From Amoeboaphelidium protococcarum X5 (Eukaryota; Fungi; Aphelidiomycota), in the NCBI GenBank assembly GCA_023515725.1, contig JALDTO010000235.1:1-64000 (forward strand): a stretch of 64,000 nucleotides of DNA. The letters are read 5' to 3'. Shown here in pieces: positions 41,379 through 53,569 of this stretch. Within the stretch, counting starts at the first letter, position 1. Every line of letters starts with the position of its first letter. The notes beneath the pieces were generated by a model. That model worked only from the letters and a program-made list of their open reading frames with translations, was not told where the DNA came from and did not search any database. Position numbers and translations under genes: made by a program.

Positions 41379-42672
41379 TAGTGGTGGTAGGACGTGAGGT
41401 GGTGGTAGGACGAGAGGTGGTGGACGTGGTGCGCTTAGCGGAAGTGGTGTCAGGCACGAATACACACTTCTGCTGGACATAGCTAGTAGTAGTCACAAAC
41501 TGCTCAAAGAAGGACTCAATGATCGCAGTGTTCTTTCCGCCAATGAAGGTGTTAATGTCAAACACTCTCATAAAGTTACCACTTTTCAGCATACGAGCCT
41601 GCAAAGAGTTACCCAAACCCAAAGCATTCAGAGCAGTCAAAGTCTTCTGGCTATCAAAGTTGGCAAACGTTTGCTAGTTCTAGCTTTGATAGTTAGGGTG
41701 GCCAAACTGATAAGCAGCAACGTTTATGTTATCAGCATTACTCAATTTCTAAGTCAAGAAGTAATTACTCGTGGCAGAAGAATAGCCGCTGATAGGGAAC
41801 ACCTGATTAGTATCAGCAATCAATTACTCGGTACCAGCAATCATACTGACCAGACTGTTGACGATAACACCATTATCAGACAACATCTTAGCAGTCTCAA
41901 TGATCTCATTCTCAAAACCATCAGTCAAAGTCAGAGCACTACCAGTACGGTAATAATTCTGTAGACCAGACATACTATAGTAACCTGCCTTATTCCAAAA
42001 ATTGCCAGGGTAGTAGTAAATGTAGTCAGTCTTTACGACAGGACCAAAACCAGGCTCAAATTGAGCAAAAATGTCATACAGACTGTCCAGATAGCACTTC
42101 TTGGCAGCAACATCATACAACTGCGTACAGAAAGCATCATCGACACCCTAATTCTTCGCAAAGTAAGATGACACGGTAGGCAGGTCAGAATCCTCATCAG
42201 TAGCATGTAAAAACACCTTAGTAGCATCAGCACGCCAGTCCAGGATACAATTAGCAGCAGACACCTTCTTGTCACAGGCCTTGTTCATGTCTCTACCCTT
42301 GTTGGTCAGAGCCATACGCATAGCCTCAAAGGAAGCTTCCTAACCACCAGAGGTACAGTCGATAGCCTCCAGATTAGATACCAGTTAACCATGGTTGGAA
42401 GATAAAGGTACACGAATCTCGGGCTTACCACCAAAAAGGACCAGAGCATACTGAGCATCAATCTTGCTAGATTGAATCTTGGATGCAAACTTCTTCATAC
42501 CCTTGATGACACCATCAATCTTCTCACACATGGAGCCAGACGCGTCAATCAGGAAGAGAAAGTCAGCCTTCTGCACCTGGTTGGTTTAGGTCACAGTTTC
42601 ATCAGAGCACACGTAGCCGGCACTAATTGTTTGAGCTATTAACAATGCAGCTAAGCTGGTTAGCAATTTCAT
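39802..42672 (-). CDS. Integrin-beta/Sib-like surface protein, paralog B
   Basis: Same architecture as paralog A, 956 aa; long (ACT)n poly-Thr run. Confidence 0.85.
41281..41389. repeat. (GTA)n microsatellite encoding the poly-Thr stalk; shorter equivalent at ~51053-51113
   Basis: Seen directly; length differs between paralogs B and C. Confidence 0.9.
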
Positions 42673-43885
42673 CTTATTAACAGAAACGTAGTTTAGATAC
42701 ACAGACAGACGTAAGAGGAGTTGATTATAAAAGAGAAGGGAACAAGGCAGACTAGTCTTTAACTCAAGTGGCCCATGTTCGATATGCGCGCCACAATCCA
42801 GCTGATTGGACAACATACGATGATGCGATTCGCTCGCAATGAAATTCCCGAACTTTTATTTCAGATTTCGCGATCAGTTTCATTTCCATAGCAACGCTAA
42901 ATACCAGTAAGGGCTGTACAAAACAAAAAACGAATTTGTTACTCTATTAAACACGGCGCGCACCCGCGGGTGCGCGCCATGCCGTCCCGAACCGCTTTGT
43001 CCTTGATTAATTATACCCCATCAGAGCCGGAAATGAGCTGAAACGTCGAGGTCATTGAATCAGTTATGAAGTGGAAACAGTTGAGCTCTTGGCAGATGTT
43101 AAGAACGTTATTTTACTAATATGCTTTACCGCTAAAAAGCATAAAAGAGCCGAGCTTATCTTTAATTCTGGTTAGAGCGCTGCGAAACAACTAGATATTT
43201 GTTTATAAAAGATTATGGGCAATTTAAGGGAATTGCAGCCGTATCGAGGAGAGAATTATTGGGAATTTGTGAAGTCCTGTGACCAATTTCATATTTCAAT
43301 GCTAAAAACGCCGATATCGATATGCGATGCATACATCACTGTAGCCTGTGGCTGGAAATACGCGGATGAAAAGACATCAACAATGATCAGTGATCTTTTA
43401 GCAAATAGATTTTTTCTAATCGTATCCTACAATCACCATTACAGTAGCGAATTCTCTTTGGTTTAGTCTCAGCGGGGCGAATCTTCGCGTATAGAGCGTT
43501 GAGTGGACTGAGATCTCCGCAAAGTTATATCATGACTAAAGTTCATGATATGTTACCATTGTGAGCATCCACGACTAAGTTTAACCAACTCTAAACACCA
43601 TACTGATAATTGCAGATTTAGCGTCGCAATAACGCATTTTTAGAATAAATCGAGTTTTGCGAGCATTTAACATCCTGTTATACGTTCTATAAAATCAACT
43701 CTTCTGAATTAGCATGATCCACAACACTTGTCTTCAGTTTTCGCGACTATGAACCAGCCAAAATAGAAATTGTTCATTCGCACGTCGAAAAGGATAAAGA
43801 AGCACAAGCAGATCAGTGCCAACTTATGAAGGCTTTGTGAAATATTTCTTGGTTGTGTTGATACCGTGTCTTGGAGCTCAATGTC

Positions 43886-45073
43886 ATAATGAAATTTAAA
43901 AGAATAAAGGATCACTAAAAGTATGGCTCGATATTGATTAGGACACAATGACGCGTAATGCTTTCACCAGTTAGCACGTAAATTCATTGACTTAAGTGAG
44001 ATTTCCCAAAAAGTTATGATGTAAGCCCAACCGCCTATAATTATCTGACCACTATGTACGGCTTACAAAGATCTTGCATGGCTATTAAATTTGGGCTTAT
44101 GGACGAATATAAGTTGAAGGTCTATGAGATAATATATGAGTAACTTGAGAATTTAAATGAAAATCTCTTTAAATAATTGCATAATTTTAGCTCATTTCGG
44201 AGGCTATCCAACCAGATTAAAGACTGCTGGTACGTTTTAAAGAGCTTTCATACCTTTACTTCACGTATGTCACATATTGTCTATACGCGTATTAAGTATT
44301 GTACCTGCTCATATATGGGCCAATTCTGTCGCAATCATAAAATGCGCATAATTTCATAATGAACTAGTGTTTTCTGCCTAAAATGATCCATGGGCTATGT
44401 CCCGTGATCATAAACTGCCTACACAATTTCCATCCATCTGAGTGCAGCTCTGGCATGAGTGCGTTGTAGTACATAAAGAGTTGAAGTATACAGTCAAGTA
44501 ATTGGTTATGGATTCGTACAAAATAGGATGTATCACAATTCATTCCACGAATCTTGCTCAGATCAATTAGATAATCATCTATCTCTATCAGATCTGGTAC
44601 TGAACGTCTCATTAAGAAGTTACATTGATCACGCTTGACAAGAACATCAGACCTCAGCATGTGTGTTATTTACCATTGTTTCAACCGCTATCTTTCATGG
44701 AGTGCGCGAGTAACAGGCTGAACCCAGCGTACAGTATTTCTTGTTTCAATAAAAGCAATGCATAGTATGATCTCTAAGCTCTGACAACATCTATTTCTGA
44801 ATCAATTATGGAAAGGCAGTCGTAGTGGCCAGCAATTTTCTCATTGAAACGAAACTTCAGCTCACTATCGGGCATTAAATCGCCAGCCATGTGTAAAGAC
44901 GTATTATTAATTAAGTATGTCAGCAAGGCATACACAGTCAAAAATAAAGAAAATAATGCTAAGGCTCGTGATACATGGTAGAATAAAGCGAAGAATATCG
45001 GACGGACAGCATGTATGATACCAGACAAGTCCAAAGCGCGGAAATATTCAACGACATTGTTTGATGCAAGCAC
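43886..45073 (-). pseudogene. Unidentified frame-disrupted ORF(s) inside the insertion
   Basis: Two consecutive long TGA-free stretches; no family motif recognised. Confidence 0.25.
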
Positions 45074-45939
45074 TCAAATTCTCCGTAGTGATTTCTAGGA
45101 ATAAGTGGTGTCGGACGCACAAAAAAGACAGCAGACCCTCACCTTTTTCGCGGTCCTAGCAACGACAACTATATAAAGCAAACAACGAAATCTAATCCTG
45201 AAGCCCGAAAATTAACGGTTCGGGAATATAGAGCTTTTGTGTGCAGTTGTATGAGGTGAAACCCATTGCCTAACGACCGGTGTCGCTAAGGGCAATGTCG
45301 TAGTTCACTGCTCGACGACCGGGGTCGCTATGGCCTTAGCTAATTTTACATCCTTGCTGAACGGCTTGAAATTTATTCCGATCTGTGTCTTTTTGTAGCA
45401 GGAAACAAAGTGAAACTAGTGTTCAACAAGCACTAAATCTTTGACTATACAACTCCTTTTAGCTCTTTTAACACCGATGATTTTGCCTGCCCTTGACTTA
45501 TGACATATACCTTGTCAATTTAGGCATATTGGCATCGAGTATCATTTGATTGCAGATTAATAATACACACTAATGCTTATGGCAGTCGCTAAATAACAGC
45601 AGTAACCAGTCCTTACTTAGAAGTGTGTTTGCTCTTGTGGTGTCATTAGCTGAGCACGTCAACGACCTCTCGGTCAGGAACGTAACGCATGATAGAATTT
45701 TACGAAATTTGACACGGTTTAACCATATCACGTAATACAAATATATGTTATTCGCACTTTATATCACTTTTGGAGTCACTGTTTAGTTCGTTGTTGTCCC
45801 TTTACTTCTCCTTCGTCATAAACGATCCATACGACTTTTAAAAAATGCGTCAACAATCATCAGTAGACAAACTCATCTAATTTTCTTGTAGAAAGCGCAA
45901 ACTCTCAGTCTCCGATAATGTTCCAATTATTGATGGTTA

Positions 45940-48420
45940 TTAAAATGTGTCAGCCTTTGACGAGAAACATCCTCCTCAAGGTACTTAGAGTTGAGGTTAA
46001 AACTTAACTTGGGAGCAGCAGCCTGATTTTACAATTGTAGTCAACTTGTCAGAACCAGCTGCTATAAGTGCACCTAACTCCGTAATAGAACCATTTATCA
46101 TCGGAAATGTTCAGGCCAATATACACTTAGCAATTTGGTTGTGACTGGTTAAAATAGAGAGTTTTAACTCAATCGAGGAATGATTCGTTTCACCTCGCAA
46201 TTTATTACACTGATCCTTATCTAACGTGATGACAATGGGGATAATAAGTTCAAGGATATATGGTTGACATAGTTCGACTGGTTGGAATATGTTTTTGATT
46301 CGCAGTTATTCTTTTGTTTCCATTGCAGGATGTTTCCTGAGGCGTGTAAGAAGAATGACGCTTTCTGAGTGGTTGGTGACAGAAGGTTTAGAAAGCTCAC
46401 AGATGTTCTGAAAGCTCATGACAAGACGGCAGCGCATATTGCAGCAAGCACCAAGTTAGAGGATTTCGAAGGGCGGTTTTCTAGGATGGAATTGGTATTG
46501 GACTTTATATATACTATGCTGATATTGAGTAGGAAAGAATGTCATTAATTTAAACGAATCGCACAACTGTGGTATCTCTATTCGATCTAATTAGAAGTAT
46601 TGCCGTATCTCAGCAGCCCTTGAGACCACTCTGATTTCATCTCAAACATGTTTATCGTTAAGAAGAATAATGCGAAGCATCCGCTTGATATGAGACCTGT
46701 TGCTGATTATAAGTAATTGAATGATCAATGTCTCACTTGAGGCAATGATGAATCTGAAAGCAGTGACAACAAAAGCTTGTTCTTGAATCTGTATAATCAT
46801 TCTTAACGCAATTGTTAATCTATAAAGGAATGAGATGATAGACAGCCTGCGCATGATCAATACACCTCTTCTGAATTTTAAAATGAAATGATTACAGTAC
46901 TGGGAGGTATGGTTGAAACTTCAATCGTTTCAGTGATCAATTAAAACTAAATGTTTGCGCTGATTGCCGATGAGACAACGGATATCTCCTTAAAGAGCCA
47001 CAGTTCTACAGTAGTTAAATATGTCTACAACAATAATATTTAAGAGAGGTTGCTCAATACGACCCCAGTAGATTGCACTTCATGCGTGTCTATTTTTAAC
47101 CATATCAGTGCTGTGTTGCATAAAACTGGATTGCCTTTCTAATGGATCCGGGTCAATGTAATGATGTGCCGCTGGAGAGGTGGCTCAATCTGAGGGACGC
47201 AACGGCGATGAGATCAGAAAGAGTTGCATTGGCAGAAGCCGATAAAAGATCAGTCTCTAATAGCTGTTTATGTCTGGCTTACTGCCCATCGGTTTAATTT
47301 GGCTTTAGCAGAGTTTGCAAAAACAATGTGGATATCATGATCTGCTTATAGGTACTATGGAAGTGTTTATAGGCATTTCTGTTATTCTAATCAGAAGAAA
47401 GCGTAGCTGTAGAGTTTAGCTAAATCTAGTAATATTGTTGGCTCAACTGCTATTTCATCTTAGCGTGACACGCGGTGGTCTTCGCGTTGAAGTAATATTG
47501 CTAATTTTAGGAGGATCTTGGCTCGTTTTGCAACATTATGTCTCGACTCCTTGCAAGATGATATCGTGGCCTGCTCTGGTTTTTTCAACTCTATCTGTGA
47601 TATCAAGTTTTTGCAGCTCCTGAATTTTCTTGATGGTGTGTTTATGTAAGTGGATATTCTATACTAAATCTTATAAGGCAAGACAACGGATTCATCTAAA
47701 GCCATCACCGCAATCAAGTGTCTTAGAGCTTATATTAATGACTTTATTCTTCGCAATAACGTTATGTTAAAGACTTAGAAAAGGTAGCGTCTTAGTAGTT
47801 TGCTGAATTGAAATTGTTGTTGGAGTAACACAAGAACAAGTTTTTACGTGGTGAAGCCTCTGATCCTCATGCTAAAGGCAACTTTGATTTAAATGACTTT
47901 TATATCCACTTGCAATCAATTGTTAGAAGAATTAGATTTTAGATTTCTGACTTAGAATTAGTAGTTAATGATGGAGATCGCATCTTTAATTGATTTTACT
48001 ACAGCTTATCCTATAGGGTATCAATTCAGTTGTATTAATGAATAGTTTTTTTAGATGTTACGGAGCTTAAAAGTTAGTGGAGATTTGCTCGTGGTGTTAT
48101 AAAAGATAAGAGAATAGCTAGTAAGGATCCATCCCTGGAAAGAAGTGATCAACTGGGTATAGAATTTGCTCTTAAAGAATTGCGTTTGGGAAAGTTGGCT
48201 GATTAAGAGAGCTCTCTCATTATTCACTCATTCCAGTGGCGATGTTGACGATTGGCCTCCGTCTGAAAATTTGTTTGATTAGCTCCTAGCTAATTGCCCT
48301 GTTCTGCTCTATTCTCAAATCCGAGCCATCTGTTTACTTATCCCAGTTAAAGCATTGCTCCATATTTGCTATGTCTTCTACTGTATTATAACAATGCCTT
48401 AGTACCAGTACTATGCAAGC
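45940..48420 (+). pseudogene. Degenerate hAT-superfamily transposase (ZnF-TTF + DUF4371-type)
   Basis: KFKDIWLT(Q)FDWLEY...FFCFHCRMF (46247-46336); FALIADETTDIS (46954-46989); GQCND; AHRFNLA; frameshifted TRW-S-SR. Multiple TGAs and frameshifts; ends approximate. Confidence 0.8.
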
Positions 48421-48556
48421 TGTTAAGCCTGTAAATCTAATCTCGATAACGACTAGATTATATATTGCGATTATCTGTACGTTACCTGCGATCTGGCTTC
48501 ACTAAAGAGCTGTTGAAGTAAAATGCCCGATATTTGAATCAAGATACGATGTACTC

Positions 48557-48637
48557 CGAGCGCGTTTCACAGCCAGCGGATTGCCAAAATCCTTCTGGGC
48601 TGAAGCTCTCTAGTATGCTGTCGTCACCAAAAATTCG
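48557..48637 (+). mobile_element. Ty1/Copia integrase fragment
   Basis: RARFTASGLPKSFWAEAL(Q)YAVVTKN matches the Copia integrase motif GLPxxFWAEA. Confidence 0.65.
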
Positions 48638-49363
48638 TAGCTCGCTCAGCTCAGCTTTTATCGGTATTCGTTCTTTCACAAACGTCTATCGATCGACATC
48701 GTTCTAGGATGTCGGTATAATAACATACCGCAGGGAGAAATAACAATGTCGATCGATAGCCCAGTCTTTTGCACCTGAAGTTGAGCTTCCAAAATCATTT
48801 CAGTCAATTAATGTATCGCTTTATAACAAAATTAGACGTTATTATTGCGGCGTTGTGGCGTAATAGTTCATTCAACATCCCTGTGACGTAATAGCGCATT
48901 GTTCTCCGCACAGTACTGTATCATTGTTCTCCGCACAGTACTGTATCTGTAATGTTATTAAAACCACGGTCAAGGCTTTACTTTATGCGATAAATAATTC
49001 TTGTTCAAGGCTTTACTTTATGCGATATTTTGCAAAACAACGACAATCTTTATTATGCAAATATCGCATTTCATTATACAATAGCCGCCCGTCGTGTTGT
49101 TGATCAGAGAAAAAAATACCAGTTCGGGGCAGGCCCTCATCACACGATTGATGGACGAGTGCGCTCGCGCTTTCGACAACCAACGTTAGCGGGCCTAAAT
49201 TCTTAATGGCAACAGATCAACGGATCCTAAATTATACTCAACCAATCAGCAAAGTAAAATCAGCGTTGATGGTAACAACCAATCAGCAAAGTAAAATCTA
49301 CACATTAATTCATTCATCATTATTTCATCATTATTCATTCCCTAAGCTCAGGCCAGAGCTTGT

Positions 49364-51053
49364 TCAAACCATGATGTTCTCAGTTTGAATCTCACCATCA
49401 TCGGTTCTGCTCTTGAACAGTGGATTGTCGTGAGCAGAGAACTGAGCAGCGTACAACGGATTCGTAGCAGCAGATGTGGAATCACCTCCAAAAATGTAGT
49501 TGATGTCACGAGCAACTGCACGACCACGACGCAGCATGAACAGACCGAAAGCAGCAGCAGCAGCAGCTGTTGGAGCCAAGATTCCGATAGTAGCGTTGGA
49601 TGAGCTATTATTGGATGATGTAGACTGATTAGCACCCTATGGAGCGTCAGTAGCGACAACCTTTACAACAGCAGGAGTAGCTGGGGCAACTTCAAAGTTA
49701 ACTGGAGGAGCAACAACATCATCCGAAGCAGGCATGATAAAAACTGGCGCAGCACCTTGTTCAGATTCAGACTCACTAATAGGAGGGCTGTTCAGTTTCT
49801 CAAACAAGCCAGGGATGATAAAGTCACGAATAACCGCCTGAGTAGGAGATGGAGTTTCTTCCTCTTCCTCAGTCTCAGATGGGAGCTCTTCTTCAGGCTC
49901 AGTTGGAAACTCGACCTCCTCTTCAGGTTCGGAAGGAGCTTCAGTTTCCTCAACAATTTCAGTCGTAGAGGTGGCAGTTTCCTCCTAAATTTCCTCGGTG
50001 GAGGTTGCAGTTTCCTCAGCAACGGGCTCAGAAGAGGTAGTAGTCTCTTCAACAATCTCAGTGCTAGTGGTGGTTTCTTCAACAGCAGCAGAGGTAGTTT
50101 CCTCAACAATTTCAGTCGTAGAGGTGGCAGTTTCCTCCTAAATTTCCTCGGTGGAGGTTGTAGTTTCCTCAGCAACGGGCTCAGAAAAGGTAGTAGTCTC
50201 TTCAACGATCTCAGTGCTGGTGGTGGTTTCTTCAACAGCAGCAGAGGTAGTAGTCTCTTCAACAACAGGCTCAGAGGTAGCAATCACTTCAGATGAGGTG
50301 GTAGCTTCTTCAACAACCTCAGATGTGGAACTAGTCTCCTCAACTGCCTCAGTAGTAGTTGTGGTGATGACTTCCTCGATGGTGCTTGATGACGTTGTAG
50401 GCTCAATCACGACCTCTGAGGTAGAGGAAGTTGCCTCAACAGAAGACTCAGTAGTGGACGTCTCAGCAGCAGGTGTAGAGGAGCTAGTAACGTCTTCAGT
50501 AGTAGTAGTGGTGGTGGTCTCAACAGGAGTAGAGCTTGTCACTGCTTCAGTAGTAGAGGTAGTACTTTCCGTGGTTGACTCTGAAGTAGACTCAACAGCG
50601 CTAGAGGAAGAGGTAGTGGTTGGCTCGACAATTACAACAGAGGAAGTAGAAGTTTCAACTACAGCAGAGGATGAGCTAGTACTTGTAGGCTCCACAATAG
50701 TGGATGACGTGATAGAAGTAGTTGTTGGTTCCACAGTGGTTGAGGTGGTTGATGGCCCAACAGTAGCAATAGAGGTGCTAGTAGAGGAACTAGTGCTTGA
50801 GCTAGTGCTAGTGGAGGTGGAAGTTGGAGAGGCAGAGCTTGTGCTAGTAGTAAACGCAGCGGTGGAGGAGGATGTGATAGCAGCAACAGAGCTACTGGTG
50901 GAGGTAGAGCTAGGAGTAGTTAAAGTCCTGGTGCTAACAGTAGTGGAAGTAGGACGTGAGGAGGTGGTAGTACTACGAGCAGGTGTGGTGGTAGTAGTGG
51001 TAGTTCTACGAGTAGAAGTAGTAGTGGTGGTAGTGGGTGTGGTAGTAGTACTA

Positions 51054-51112
<59 letters not shown>

Positions 51113-52396
51113 AGGACGTGAGGTGGTGGTAGGACGAGAGGTGGTGGACGTGGTGCGCTTAGCGGAAGTGGTGTCAGGCACGAATACACACTTCTGCTGG
51201 ACATAGCTAGTAGTAGTCACAAACTGCTCAAAGAAGGACTCAATGATCGCAGTGTTCTTTCCGCCAATGAAGGTGTTAATGTCAAACACTCTCATAAAGT
51301 TACCACTTTTCAGCATACGAGCCTGCAAAGAGTTACCCAAACCCAAAGCATTCAGAGCAGTCAAAGTCTTCTGGCTATCAAAGTTGGCAAACGTTTGCTA
51401 GTTCTAGCTTTGATAGTTAGGGTGGCCAAACTGATAAGCAGCAACGTTTATGTTATCAGCATTACTCAATTTCTAAGTCAAGAAGTAATTACTCGTGGCA
51501 GAAGAATAGCCGCTGATAGGGAACACCTGATTAGTATCAGCAATCAATTACTCGGTACCAGCAATCATACTGACCAGACTGTTGACGATAACACCATTAT
51601 CAGACAACATCTTAGCAGTCTCAATGATCTCATTCTCAAAACCATCAGTCAAAGTCAGAGCACTACCAGTACGGTAATAATTCTGTAGACCGGACAAACT
51701 ATAGTAACCTGCCTTGTTCCTTCTATCACCAGGATAGAAATAAATGTAGTCAGTCTTTGCAACAGGACCAAAGCCAGGCTCAAATTGAGCAAAAATTCCA
51801 TACAGACTGTCCAAATAGCATTTTTTAGCAGAAACATCATACATCTGAGTACAGAAAGCATCGTCAACACCCTGATTCTTCGCAAAGTAAGATGACACGG
51901 TAGGCAGGTCAGAATCCTCATCAGTAGCATGTAAAAACACCTTAGTAGCATCAGCACGCCAGTCCAGGATACAATTAGCAGCAGACACCTTCTTGTCACA
52001 GGCCTTGTTCATGTCTCTACCCTTGTTGGTCAGAGCCATACGCATAGCCTCAAAGGAAGCTTCCTAACCACCAGAGGTACAGTCGATAGCCTCCAGATTA
52101 GATACCAGTTAACCATGGTTGGAAGATAAAGGTACACGAATCTCGGGCTTACCACCAAAAAGGACCAGAGCATAATGAGCATCAATCTTGCTAGATTGAA
52201 TCTTGGATGCAAACTTCTTCATACCCTTGATGACACCATCAATCTTCTCACACATGGAGCCAGACGCGTCAATCAGGAAGAGGAAGTCAGCCTTCTGCAC
52301 CTGGTTGGTTTAGGTCACAGTTTCATCAGAGCACACGTAGCCGGCACTAATTGTTTGAGCTATTAACAATGCAGCTAAGCTGGTTAGCAATTTCAT
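49364..52396 (-). CDS. Integrin-beta/Sib-like surface protein, paralog C
   Basis: Near-identical to paralog B, 1010 aa, with extra duplicated EETT-type stalk units at ~49955-50240. Confidence 0.85.
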
Positions 52397-52750
52397 CTTA
52401 TTAACAGTAACGTAGTTTAGATACACAGACAGACGTAAGAGGAGTTGATTGTAAAAGAGAAGAGAAGAAGGCAGACTAGACTTTGGCTCAAGTGGCCGAT
52501 GTTCGATATGCGCGCCACAATTCAGCTGATTGGGCACCATACGATGATGCGATTCGCTCGCAATGATTTTCTTAATGGCAACGGATCCAAAATTATACAC
52601 AGCGTTGATGGTAACAACCAATCAGCAAAGTAAAACAAACACAGCCTAAATGTTCTTTCAAAAAAATTCATATTGCGGCCCGCAAATGTGATAGTAAAGC
52701 TATTTAGCAATAGAAAAAAAGAGATACGCAGTTCATTGCTTGATGCACAT

Positions 52751-53484
52751 TCAATCGTTCATCATTTAGGGCCGAAGAAACTCTCGCAAGAAATCCTGAA
52801 ACATCAAAACGCGACCAAATTCCCCTGCATCATTAGACAAGTCAAGGTATGATGATAAATTCGATAAACATTGAGCCTTGCTACTTTAGATACAATCCCA
52901 ACTTGGTGGGGGTGTAATATACTATCCATTCGCAATCTACATTCATTAACTTGAGACATCTGATGCAGGAATATACATCAGTAAACTTACCATGTGTTTC
53001 CGATCAGAGCAGAAGAAATCCAAATATTTTCGAGCTGAAACGACACGAAACGCGCTAAAAAATTCAAAATAGAGTTACGACTTAAATAATTATTAACAAA
53101 CTTACGGCATAAATTATGGCAGGCTTAGATCAAACGTGGAATTTATATAAGTTCGCAACTTCACAGGAAACTCCAACTGGGAGTCTAAATCAAATACCTG
53201 GAAATTTTCAGTGCTTTCATCTTTTCTGAGCAAAACAACGTGGTAATCCCATATCACATGGTTCCTCTGAGCGTGATGTCTCAAGAGGACTTATTTCGCA
53301 TTGTTGGTGATAAATATCACGCTCAACTTATCGATATCGGATATCATCTAATTCACCATCATCCATACATTCTCTACATATCGTACATAATACAACTAGA
53401 CTTTAAAGAAAATAATTCAATAGAATTCGTACCTTCACAATAACACTTGGAGTATTTAAAGTCGCATTTTTACCATAGGTCCAT
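52751..53484 (-). CDS. NTAQ1: Protein N-terminal glutamine amidohydrolase; 4 exons (introns 53374-53432, 53055-53105, 52937-52990)
   Basis: Spliced product contains YSKCYCEENVW, VIWDYHVV, VFDLDS.LEFP, FCSDRKHM, PPPSW; all three introns are GT..AG and restore the frame. Confidence 0.88.
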
Positions 53485-53569
53485 GATGTCAACGACAGTT
53501 GCGAAGAAGAAGAAAAGAGACGTGAGAAATCACGCATTATCGATGTATTTCAAATCTCAATATTAAAAC

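Larger units (their letters stand above)
42848..49196. mobile_element. ~6.35-kb composite insertion in the upstream region of paralog B
   Basis: Upstream of paralog C reads CGCAATGA-TTTTC-TTAATGGCAAC contiguously (~52559-52583). For B the two halves lie at ~42835-42847 and ~49197-49213, each side carrying AAATTC (possible TSD). Confidence 0.7.

Noticed and set aside
36200-51206. Long Val/Glu-rich + strand ORFs (36270-37487, 40436-41482, 50151-51206)
   Set aside because: Antisense shadows of the Thr/Ser stalks encoded on the - strand.
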